Below, piece by piece: positions 1-7,206 of a stretch of 12,372 bases of DNA. Origin of the DNA: Bdellovibrionota bacterium (GTDB lineage: Bacteria > Bdellovibrionota_C > UBA2361 > JBIKWN01); contig JBIKWN010000069.1 of assembly GCA_044356295.1 (NCBI GenBank), forward strand, positions 1-12,372, given 5' to 3'. How positions within the stretch are numbered: position 1 is the stretch's first letter; each line of letters opens with the position of its first letter. Below the pieces are notes generated by a model. That model worked only from the letters and a program-made list of their open reading frames with translations, had not been told where the DNA came from and did no database searches. The position numbers and the translations under genes are program-made.

Positions 1-33
1 AGTCCTTCGCGTACTTCGCGACCTTCGCGTTAC
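1..33. repeat. Family A palindromic repeat, single arm (partner arm probably lies left of the window)
   Basis: agtccttcgcgtacttcgcgaccttcgcgttac is the exact reverse complement of 2724-2756, and 3-32 is identical to 2765-2794. It contains three 9-nt units CTTCGCGnn. Confidence 0.95.
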
Positions 34-75
34 TAAAAATGTCTTCGATTACTTTCTACATGAAATAAAAAATTC

Positions 76-828
76 TTATACTTTTCTGCGAAAAAATATA
101 AGCCCACTACCAGCAATAACAAGAAAGAGTGATATATACTGCGCTTGGGATAATCCACCTGCAAATCGAGGCTCTATCCTTAAAAATTCAACAAAAAATC
201 TTTCAATCGAAACTAAGAGTATATAAACACCAAACCATCGACCTGGTATTCCAAAATCTTTTTTCTGTTCAAGTTTTAAAAGAAAGAAAAGAATTATCAA
301 ACAAATAGCAGATTCATACAGTGGTGTTGGATATACAAATATTCCTGGTGGTGTCGGCACAACACCTGTCTGATAAGACATTCCAAAAACTGAATCTGTC
401 ATTTTTCCATAGTCTCCGTCTCCTGAGAGCTGACAACCTAATCGACCGATCGCATAACCCAAACACATAGAAGGACCAGCAGCATCAAGAAAAGATAAAA
501 ACGAAATTGAATCTTTGCGGCTCATCAGATAAAGAACGAGAAAAGCAAAGATAAATCCACCATAAAAAATAAATCCAGCCGATGAAAAAATGGTGCCTAC
601 TGGATCATTAATCACCATTGGGATATTGAATAAAAGAAACCAGATTCGAGCACCGATAAGACCGGTAATTCCACCAAAAAAAACATAATTTTCAGCTCGG
701 TCTGCAGGAAGTCCAAATGCAACAAAACTTCGTGCCATCAAAAGTGATGCAGCAAAAATAGAGAGCGCAACACAGAGCCCGAAACTATTTATAGGAAATC
801 CAAATACAGAAAAAATTTGAGGAATCAT
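76..828 (-). CDS. lgt: Prolipoprotein diacylglyceryl transferase
   Basis: Multi-TM protein with Lgt motifs IGARIWF, GFIFYGG, AIGRLGC..GD.DYG, YPTPLYES and RFFVEFLR. The start codon directly follows the upstream gene's stop (TAA ATG). Confidence 0.93.
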   Translation of the reverse strand: MIPQIFSVFGFPINSFGLCVALSIFAASLLMARSFVAFGLPADRAENYVFFGGITGLIGARIWFLLFNIPMVINDPVGTIFSSAGFIFYGGFIFAFLVLYLMSRKDSISFLSFLDAAGPSMCLGYAIGRLGCQLSGDGDYGKMTDSVFGMSYQTGVVPTPPGIFVYPTPLYESAICLIILFFLLKLEQKKDFGIPGRWFGVYILLVSIERFFVEFLRIEPRFAGGLSQAQYISLFLVIAGSGLIFFRRKV

Positions 829-1359
829 TTAATGTGTCGTTTCTAGAAGTTGATTATAAAAAGTTGGATTACTCCAGGGTTTTCCTCCAATAAGCTTTAC
901 AGACGATGATCCATCGACATCTTTTAAAGGAAGAAATGTTCCATCTTCAGCTATAAAAAATATCTCGGGCACTCCTGATACTTTATATTTATCAGCGATC
1001 GGCTTTGTATCTGCAATACCATTTAAGAATGATGGTTTCTCAGTCGCAAGAAACTCAACTGCCTTCTTTTTTTGATCTCTAACAATAACACCCAGAATAG
1101 TTACTTTTTCGTTAAGTACTGAGTTTAGCATTGAAAGAGATGGAAGCTCACTCTTACAGACTTCACACCACGTCGACCAAAACACGAGTAAGATTTTCTT
1201 GCCTCGAAAATCAATAAGATGTTTCTGTGTCCCGTTGCTTAATTGAAATGCAAAATCAGGCGCAGGTTGACCGACTATTGGCTCAGTTTTTCTGGCACAG
1301 CCAGTAAAGATAAGAATTGCAAATACAAAAGATAAAAACACAGTCACACGAAAGGACAT
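829..1359 (-). CDS. TlpA/ResA-family thiol-disulfide oxidoreductase, predicted lipoprotein
   Basis: GQPAPDF, FWSTWCEVC (CxxC), SELPSL and cis-Pro GVPE motifs; lipobox FTGC. I prefer the ATG at 1359 (MSFRVTV...) because it gives a normal signal peptide; the ORF track starts at 1389. Confidence 0.88.
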   Translation of the reverse strand: MSFRVTVFLSFVFAILIFTGCARKTEPIVGQPAPDFAFQLSNGTQKHLIDFRGKKILLVFWSTWCEVCKSELPSLSMLNSVLNEKVTILGVIVRDQKKKAVEFLATEKPSFLNGIADTKPIADKYKVSGVPEIFFIAEDGTFLPLKDVDGSSSVKLIGGKPWSNPTFYNQLLETTH

Positions 1360-1372
1360 ACGTCTTTCGTGT
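1346..1372 (-). promoter_or_regulatory. Stem-loop between rpmE and the tlpA-like gene, overlapping the probable start codon
   Basis: Minus strand ACACGAAAGAC-GTAT-GTCCTTTCGTGT gives 11 bp with one bulge. It lies ~30 nt after the rpmE stop and is followed within a few nt by T-rich sequence. Confidence 0.5.
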
Positions 1373-1403
1373 AAATAATAGGCCAACATGCCTTAGTCGT
1401 GAA

Positions 1404-1637
1404 TTAATTAGCTTTAGGTGCTGCAGCAGCAGCTTGAGTAGCGTATTTACGCTTAAATCTATCTACTCTTCCTTCTGCATCTACAAGTTTTGCTTTACCA
1501 GTGTAAAAAGGATGACATTGGTTACAAACACCAACTCGCACTTCAGGTAAAATTGAACCACAGGTAAAAGTTGCTCCGCAGCCAGTACAGATGATTTTTG
1601 CTTCGTTAGTATAATCGGGGTGAATTCCAGCTTTCAT
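1404..1637 (-). CDS. rpmE: 50S ribosomal protein bL31, zinc-binding type
   Basis: MKAGIHPDY...CTGC...CNQCHPFYTGK...GRVDRFKRKY is the L31 signature with four candidate Zn-ligand cysteines. Confidence 0.98.
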   Translation of the reverse strand: MKAGIHPDYTNEAKIICTGCGATFTCGSILPEVRVGVCNQCHPFYTGKAKLVDAEGRVDRFKRKYATQAAAAAPKAN

Positions 1638-1679
1638 GGGATAATCTCAAACAGACACTCAATTGAAAAATTTTGTGTA

Positions 1680-1708
1680 AGATTACAGGTAGTTAAATTC
1701 AGAGTCAA
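1680..1708 (-). promoter_or_regulatory. Sigma70-type promoter for rpmE operon
   Basis: Minus strand TTGACT (1708-1703), 17-nt spacer, TAATCT (1685-1680), ~40 nt upstream of the rpmE ATG. Confidence 0.65.
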
Positions 1709-1782
1709 ACTATGCAGTTTTCTCTTTTCTTCTTACGCGATTTCTAGCAGGATACGTTCAAACTTTTAGCAAGAAAATCATA

Positions 1783-2703
1783 ATGTTACATCATCCTTAT
1801 TCTATTAGAGTCTTAATCTGCTCAATGATTTGTTTAACAGTTATAAGCTGCGGTGGAGGCGGTGGAAACGGTGGCAGCAGCAATGAGCCAGACCAAGATG
1901 CATGTAATGTTTTAGGGCTCAATACGCGGATTGTGAGTGGCTCTGCGTGCGAGACAGGCGCTAACCCTGTTCTTAAACTTTTTATTGATAGTGACTCATT
2001 TAGTGGCACGTGTACTGGAACTTTGATTGCTCCTAAGAAATTTCTCACTGCAGCCCACTGTGTAACTGATGGTGAATTTGGTGCCCCTCTTCCAGCCCAA
2101 GATTTTTCGGTTTCTCAAGGAAATGTATTGCAACCTCTTGCTCGCGGCGTTCGTGTTTATTCAAATCCAAATCCACTTCGAGAATTAAATACCATTAATC
2201 AAGCCGCTCAAAGTCGTGGTGATCTTGATGAAATTACGAACGACCCTAACGGTGAAAAATCAGCTTCATATATTCGAGAATTTGGACTCAGTGATATTGC
2301 AATTATTGAACTTGATAGAGCCGTCAATCTGCCCACTGCAATAGTTCAAACAAGTGCAATTCCTTCTGCTGGAACTTTGGTTTCTATTTTTGGTTTTGGA
2401 ATTACAAGTGGCGACTCACAAGTAGCCTCGGATGTACTGCGCTCTGGAGAGATGCTTGTTGATAGTACCGGTCCAAAAAATATTTTTGCTCGTTTTGATA
2501 ATGGTAGTAACACCTGTGAAGGTGATTCAGGTGGTCCAATGATCATACAAAATAGCGATGGAAGTTATGCTGTTGTTGGTACTGTCTTGGGTGGTACTAA
2601 GGAAGATTGTTCGATAGGAGATCTTTCTTCTTTTACTGCTACTGCTGGTGCTGGGATTGCGGGGTTTATTAAGCAGTATGCGGGTGAGGCGCGGTTTCAA
2701 TAG
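1783..2703 (+). CDS. Trypsin-fold (S1) serine protease, predicted lipoprotein
   Basis: Catalytic triad motifs LTAAHC (H92), SDIAII (D171) and GDSGGP (S249); CTGTLI; signal peptide with lipobox VISC23 followed by a Gly/Ser linker. Confidence 0.93.
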   Translation: MLHHPYSIRVLICSMICLTVISCGGGGGNGGSSNEPDQDACNVLGLNTRIVSGSACETGANPVLKLFIDSDSFSGTCTGTLIAPKKFLTAAHCVTDGEFGAPLPAQDFSVSQGNVLQPLARGVRVYSNPNPLRELNTINQAAQSRGDLDEITNDPNGEKSASYIREFGLSDIAIIELDRAVNLPTAIVQTSAIPSAGTLVSIFGFGITSGDSQVASDVLRSGEMLVDSTGPKNIFARFDNGSNTCEGDSGGPMIIQNSDGSYAVVGTVLGGTKEDCSIGDLSSFTATAGAGIAGFIKQYAGEARFQ

Positions 2704-2724
2704 TTATTGATGTTTTGTTTTTTG

Positions 2725-2794
2725 TAACGCGAAGGTCGCGAAGTACGCGAAGGACTAAATCAAATCCTTCGCGTACTTCGCGACCTTCGCGTTA
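2725..2794. repeat. Family A perfect 30-bp inverted repeat (REP-like) between convergent genes
   Basis: 2725-2754 taacgcgaaggtcgcgaagtacgcgaagga and 2765-2794 are exact reverse complements around a 10-nt loop (ctaaatcaaa). Flanking T5/A5 tracts extend the stem. Confidence 0.97.
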
Positions 2795-2846
2795 TAAAAA
2801 GAGCTTTTGATAATAGACATTGCTACAACAAATTCGAAATTAAATA

Positions 2847-5384
2847 TCAATAAAAAAGTTCACCAAAAAGCCTAGAAGGTATGAAGATCAAAGCATCCTT
2901 ATGACTCATCGCACGGGTAATTGGTTTTTCAAAATCATATTCTGCGTCTGATAATTCCCTAATACATTCTTCGGAATCTTCTGAAGTTAAGAAAAATAAA
3001 GCTTTCTTTGCAGAATCAACGGTATCTAATCCAATAGACGAAGCGCTTTTTGCTTTCAAATCCTTTATTCCAAGTGCGCTAATTGATGTTATCGGAACCA
3101 TTCCATCAATGTTTTGTTTTAACTCATCCTTCGAACTATATATCCCAACTCTTCCATCAGGTGTAATTGGAAGTATTACTAAATCAGGATTCAAGTCCCC
3201 GTATGAATCTTTCCAACCTTCATCCCTATCTGGATCCTTAAAAACAGTAGTGACTTCGGAAGTACTAGGAGCAACATCATATGCATTACAAAAAGCTGAA
3301 AAGTGAGTATTCCAGGCTTTTTGAGACTCTTCTTCCAACTCCTCTTCAGACTGCTCTTCAGATTTCTCTTCGGACTCAAATTTAATATTATACATTGAGT
3401 TCAAATAAATCATCATGCCAAGCTCATTTCCAGCGTACGTAATCCCCTTTTTCAAAAGCTCGACTGTTTCCTCTGAAGGATCTACTAATAATAATGGCTC
3501 TTCAACTCCACTGAGTGCTTTTCCTAACGTAGCATAGATAACTGTATCTTCATTAACAGTCGAAGGTATCTCTACAAAAGTTATTTTTGTACCGTCACCA
3601 ATTTCTACAACTTTTTTATCACCAATTAAATTTTCTGGAAGCGAATCAAGAATGACGTGCCAAGGTTGGTTTCGAAATAGTGAATTAACTTTTTCTAAAA
3701 TATGTTTAGACTGAGGATCTGAAAAAACAGCGGCTGTTGGGTAAAATTTCTCAAGTCGAGTAATACAATCTCTAAAATCAGTATGACTCATATCAGCATA
3801 AAATACTTCGTCTGAGAATGTAGCTACGGCGTCTAGAATTCTTGTAAATTGATTGATAATACCAATATCAACTTGTCTATCTTTATCTTTTTCTACTCTG
3901 CTAAAGATACTTCTGAGTCTTCCCAAGAAAGATGCAACAACTCCATTTTCATCAGCACCGTCACCCTCTTTGATTTGTTTTGCTAACTCTACTAATCGAC
4001 TACAAATATTATTTATACCAGTTTTTAATTCAGATTCTGAACGCCATGAAAGCCCAACAAGATAACTTTCAATAACCGAATCAATATGACGCGAAGCAAA
4101 TATTGATTCCTCCAAAAGCTCTTCAGCACGGTGATACAACTCTTTATCTAAAACATCTGATGCATAGGTATGTATCAGTGTTCCCATGCTAGAACGTGCA
4201 ATTGCATCCATTACAACTGTGTGTCTATCTGCAGCATCGAGTAAGGAATAAAAGAAACTGCTAATAAACTGAGGATCGCTTTTATCCTTCGTTGGCATAA
4301 ACTCATCCAACTTAGATTTCAAGTAATCATTGAGGACAGGAAATTCGCTCGCAAAGCAGGCCATTGTAATAAGTTTATCAAAAGAAAAAGGTGGTCCACT
4401 TTGATACGCTTGCTCAAGAATATCTTCGCAAGCATCATGAAAGATTTCAGCAAATGTTTCATCAGAATCAGGATCGTTACCCATTAACCTTAAACATTCG
4501 ACAATTGCATTACATGTTTCACCGACGAGTACAGCTCGCATAAAAGGTGAATCATTCCCAACATTTTCGAGATTATTTAAAGACAATAATAATTCATTCG
4601 CCAAATCAGTGCGATTAAAATCTTGAAAACCATTTGCAAGAGCGGACATAAGAGCCGTAATCCCAGGGGATACGGATTGGTTCTCATCTACAAACTCTTG
4701 TAATTGATCCACTAAACACCGTGAAAATTCTTTATTAATTGCACGGCAAAAATCAAACATCCCAAGATCTAAAGGATCAAATCCAGAATTTCGTTTTTGG
4801 AAAGCAATTGCCTCAGGGCTTAACGGCTCATGTTCATTCTCTTCTCCGTCTGGTTCAGTTAAAGCGGCAACTATCAGTGGGATTACTTCTTTATAAATGA
4901 GTATTGTACGGGAACCTGCTGCTGCTTTGAAATTTTCCCCAGAAAGTACCGTTAATGATTCAATACAAAATTTCTCACGCCATGCTGGTTCATAAAACTC
5001 AGTAGTACCAATTTCTTCATCATTATTGGTATTTTGATCTATACGTTGAGCACACTTAGATAAGGATTCATAAAATAAATTATAAAATATCTTACTACTA
5101 AGTCCTAAGTAACAAATTGTCCGACATAAATGAAATGTTTCATTTACCGATGCATCAGCTAGTTGTTGATTAAGATTAAGAACAATTTGATGACGGTATT
5201 TTGGATTAGCATTACATTCCCTTACTAAGTCATTAAGGTCATCATGATAGCCCTCTTCCCAAAGTTGGTTGGCTTTTTCTAAGCAAGATTGAAAGGTAAA
5301 GGTTGGCACGCCAAGCCCCTTCATACCTAATTCTTGAAGTGGATTGATATCATCTGATGAGGGGTTCTTATCTAGGTCTGCCAT
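2847..5384 (-). CDS. Large acidic hypothetical protein: ~590-aa helical region plus C-terminal degenerate NagB/6PGL-like domain
   Basis: Uninterrupted 845-codon ORF filling the space between neighbours, with no signal peptide or TM segment. C-terminal DLVILPITPDGRVG and IGLDTVDSAKKALFFLT...PITRAMSHKDALIFI resemble NagB-fold motifs. The CDS is secure; the domain call is by eye. Confidence 0.8.
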   Translation of the reverse strand: MADLDKNPSSDDINPLQELGMKGLGVPTFTFQSCLEKANQLWEEGYHDDLNDLVRECNANPKYRHQIVLNLNQQLADASVNETFHLCRTICYLGLSSKIFYNLFYESLSKCAQRIDQNTNNDEEIGTTEFYEPAWREKFCIESLTVLSGENFKAAAGSRTILIYKEVIPLIVAALTEPDGEENEHEPLSPEAIAFQKRNSGFDPLDLGMFDFCRAINKEFSRCLVDQLQEFVDENQSVSPGITALMSALANGFQDFNRTDLANELLLSLNNLENVGNDSPFMRAVLVGETCNAIVECLRLMGNDPDSDETFAEIFHDACEDILEQAYQSGPPFSFDKLITMACFASEFPVLNDYLKSKLDEFMPTKDKSDPQFISSFFYSLLDAADRHTVVMDAIARSSMGTLIHTYASDVLDKELYHRAEELLEESIFASRHIDSVIESYLVGLSWRSESELKTGINNICSRLVELAKQIKEGDGADENGVVASFLGRLRSIFSRVEKDKDRQVDIGIINQFTRILDAVATFSDEVFYADMSHTDFRDCITRLEKFYPTAAVFSDPQSKHILEKVNSLFRNQPWHVILDSLPENLIGDKKVVEIGDGTKITFVEIPSTVNEDTVIYATLGKALSGVEEPLLLVDPSEETVELLKKGITYAGNELGMMIYLNSMYNIKFESEEKSEEQSEEELEEESQKAWNTHFSAFCNAYDVAPSTSEVTTVFKDPDRDEGWKDSYGDLNPDLVILPITPDGRVGIYSSKDELKQNIDGMVPITSISALGIKDLKAKSASSIGLDTVDSAKKALFFLTSEDSEECIRELSDAEYDFEKPITRAMSHKDALIFIPSRLFGELFY
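3330..3374 (-). repeat. Degenerate 12-bp coding tandem repeat (SEEK-SEEQ-SEEE-LEEE)
   Basis: Plus strand tcttccaa ctc ctcttcaga ctg ctcttcaga ttt ctcttcgga, period 12, four copies. Confidence 0.7.
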
Positions 5385-5402
5385 ACTACTTATGAGCAGA
5401 GG

Positions 5403-5444
5403 ATACTCAAAGATGATTAGCTAATCAAAAGCTGTTTTGAGTAT
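5403..5444. promoter_or_regulatory. Nested dyad cluster (candidate operator or leader structure) upstream of the 845-aa gene
   Basis: Perfect 14-bp palindrome TGATTAGCTAATCA (5414-5427) inside the 9-bp inverted pair ATACTCAAA (5403-5411)/TTTGAGTAT (5436-5444). A minus-strand TATACT -10-like box lies at 5445-5440. Confidence 0.5.
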
Positions 5445-5474
5445 AGTGTACGTTCTAATGATAAAATCCTGGCT

Positions 5475-5867
5475 CTATAATGCCATTGCTTTAGCAAGAT
5501 CAGCAGGAATTTCAATCGATTTTCTGAGTTCAGCCGATAAAACCCGAAAATCATATTTCGCTGACACGCACTCTTTGCCTTTTGGATTAAGCGCACGTTG
5601 GGTCATTAACATCTGCTTTCCAGCTGTCGTTACGTTATCGATTGTCACTATGTTTTCACCACTAAAAACTTCTCGTTTATAATGCACATCGATATGGGCA
5701 ATAACGAGGAAAATTCCTTTTTGATGCAGCACTTCATTTGGGAATCCAACTGAAATCAGATAATCCAATCGAGCCTTTTCTAAGAGTGTCAGGATCGAAG
5801 CATGATTAAGGTGGTTATACCCAGGCTCGAGTTCAGATTCAGAAATTAAATAGCTTTTTGAATACAT
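5475..5867 (-). CDS. Acyl-CoA thioesterase, 4HBT/YbgC hotdog family
   Basis: 130 aa; NHLNHASILTLLEKARLDYL helix motif and LVIAHIDVHYKRE strand typical of the family. Confidence 0.88.
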   Translation of the reverse strand: MYSKSYLISESELEPGYNHLNHASILTLLEKARLDYLISVGFPNEVLHQKGIFLVIAHIDVHYKREVFSGENIVTIDNVTTAGKQMLMTQRALNPKGKECVSAKYDFRVLSAELRKSIEIPADLAKAMAL

Positions 5868-5902
5868 AGCAAAATGTAATATTTCATCATAAAGTAAATC
5901 GT

Positions 5903-7171
5903 ATGCAGAGAAAACAGCTCCCCTTCCTTAATAGAATAAAAACAGTTCAAAAGAATCTAAAAGGAGGCACTGCTCTTATAAGCGCTGCACCTGAAACTAT
6001 TCGTTCAGCTGACCAGTACTATCCATACAGACAAGATAGTGATTTTTTCTACCTAACCGGTTCACATGAACCTGATCAAGCACTTTTTATTTGTGATAAA
6101 AGTAATAAACAAATTCTTCTCGGCAAAAAAAAGTCAGCGTTAAAGAAACTTTGGGATGGTAGTGGCGAAACTTTAAAACAAAGAGCTCAAATAATAGGTA
6201 TTGAATATTTTGAAGTTGAAAATTTACTCACTGCTGCGATTGAACTAACAAAACGTGCAGACTCTTTTTTCTATCAATCACGAGAACATACAATCAGTTT
6301 TAAAATATTCGAGCAATTCACTCGAGCAAGTTCCGTGCAAAGAAAGCCAACTTCATTTTGCAGCATTGAATCTGTTATCCATCCAATGCGGTTGATAAAA
6401 GATCCATTTGAAATCTATGCAATTCAAACTGCTGCTGATATTACCATGCATGCAATTATTGGAAGCCTCGATACCATTCAAGCGGGGAATAGCGAACTTG
6501 TTGTCGCAAAAACGGTCGAATATTGGTTCGGTGTCATGGAAGCAAGACAAGGATTTGGTACTATTGCTGCCAGTGGTAAAAACGCAGCAACACTTCACTA
6601 CCATCAATTAACGAGCAAACTAAAAACCGGAGATACCTTTTTACTCGACTGCGGTGCTGAGTACCAAGGATATAACGGGGATATCTCTAGAACATTTCCT
6701 GTTGGTGGAAAATTTATTGGGGCGTCTGCAGATGTGTATGACATTGTCCTCGCTTCGCAAAAAAAAGCACTCTCAAAAGTCAAAGATGGTGTGAAAATAA
6801 AATCAATCTATGATGCTGCAGCTATGTTAATGATTGAAGGTTTGAAAGACTTGAAAATTTTAAAAGGGACTGCTCGTTCACTTTTTGCTAAGAATTCACA
6901 TAAACCTTATTTCCCGCACGGCATTGGTCATTCGCTTGGAATTGATGTTCATGATGTCGGTGGTCACAGGGGTAATAACGATGCTGTGCTTAAATCCGGA
7001 ATGGTATTTACTATTGAGCCTGGGTTGTATTTCTCAAAGTCTGTAAAAAATATCCCTGCAATGGGTGTGAGAATTGAGGATGATATTTTAGTAACTAAAA
7101 CTGGTTATAAAAATTTGACTGAGGCTCTGCCTAAAGAGCGCAAGCATATTGAGAATATTATTCTTGGGTGA
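5903..7171 (+). CDS. pepP: Xaa-Pro aminopeptidase (M24B)
   Basis: N-domain YRQDSDFFYLTG; metal-ligand motifs LLDCGAEY, GDISRTFP, HGIGHSLGIDVHD, TIEPGLY and GVRIEDD. Confidence 0.96.
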   Translation: MQRKQLPFLNRIKTVQKNLKGGTALISAAPETIRSADQYYPYRQDSDFFYLTGSHEPDQALFICDKSNKQILLGKKKSALKKLWDGSGETLKQRAQIIGIEYFEVENLLTAAIELTKRADSFFYQSREHTISFKIFEQFTRASSVQRKPTSFCSIESVIHPMRLIKDPFEIYAIQTAADITMHAIIGSLDTIQAGNSELVVAKTVEYWFGVMEARQGFGTIAASGKNAATLHYHQLTSKLKTGDTFLLDCGAEYQGYNGDISRTFPVGGKFIGASADVYDIVLASQKKALSKVKDGVKIKSIYDAAAMLMIEGLKDLKILKGTARSLFAKNSHKPYFPHGIGHSLGIDVHDVGGHRGNNDAVLKSGMVFTIEPGLYFSKSVKNIPAMGVRIEDDILVTKTGYKNLTEALPKERKHIENIILG

Positions 7172-7206
7172 TCATTGGTTCTTCGCTCAAAAGAGTGAAA
7201 ATAGAG

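Noticed and set aside
2725..2794. Family A hairpin as a classical bidirectional Rho-independent terminator
   Set aside because: It is followed by A-tracts, not U-tracts, on both strands and is much longer than typical; it may still affect 3' ends.
1..2794. CRISPR array or IS terminal repeats
   Set aside because: No regularly spaced direct repeats with unique spacers, no cas or transposase gene, and no evident target-site duplication.
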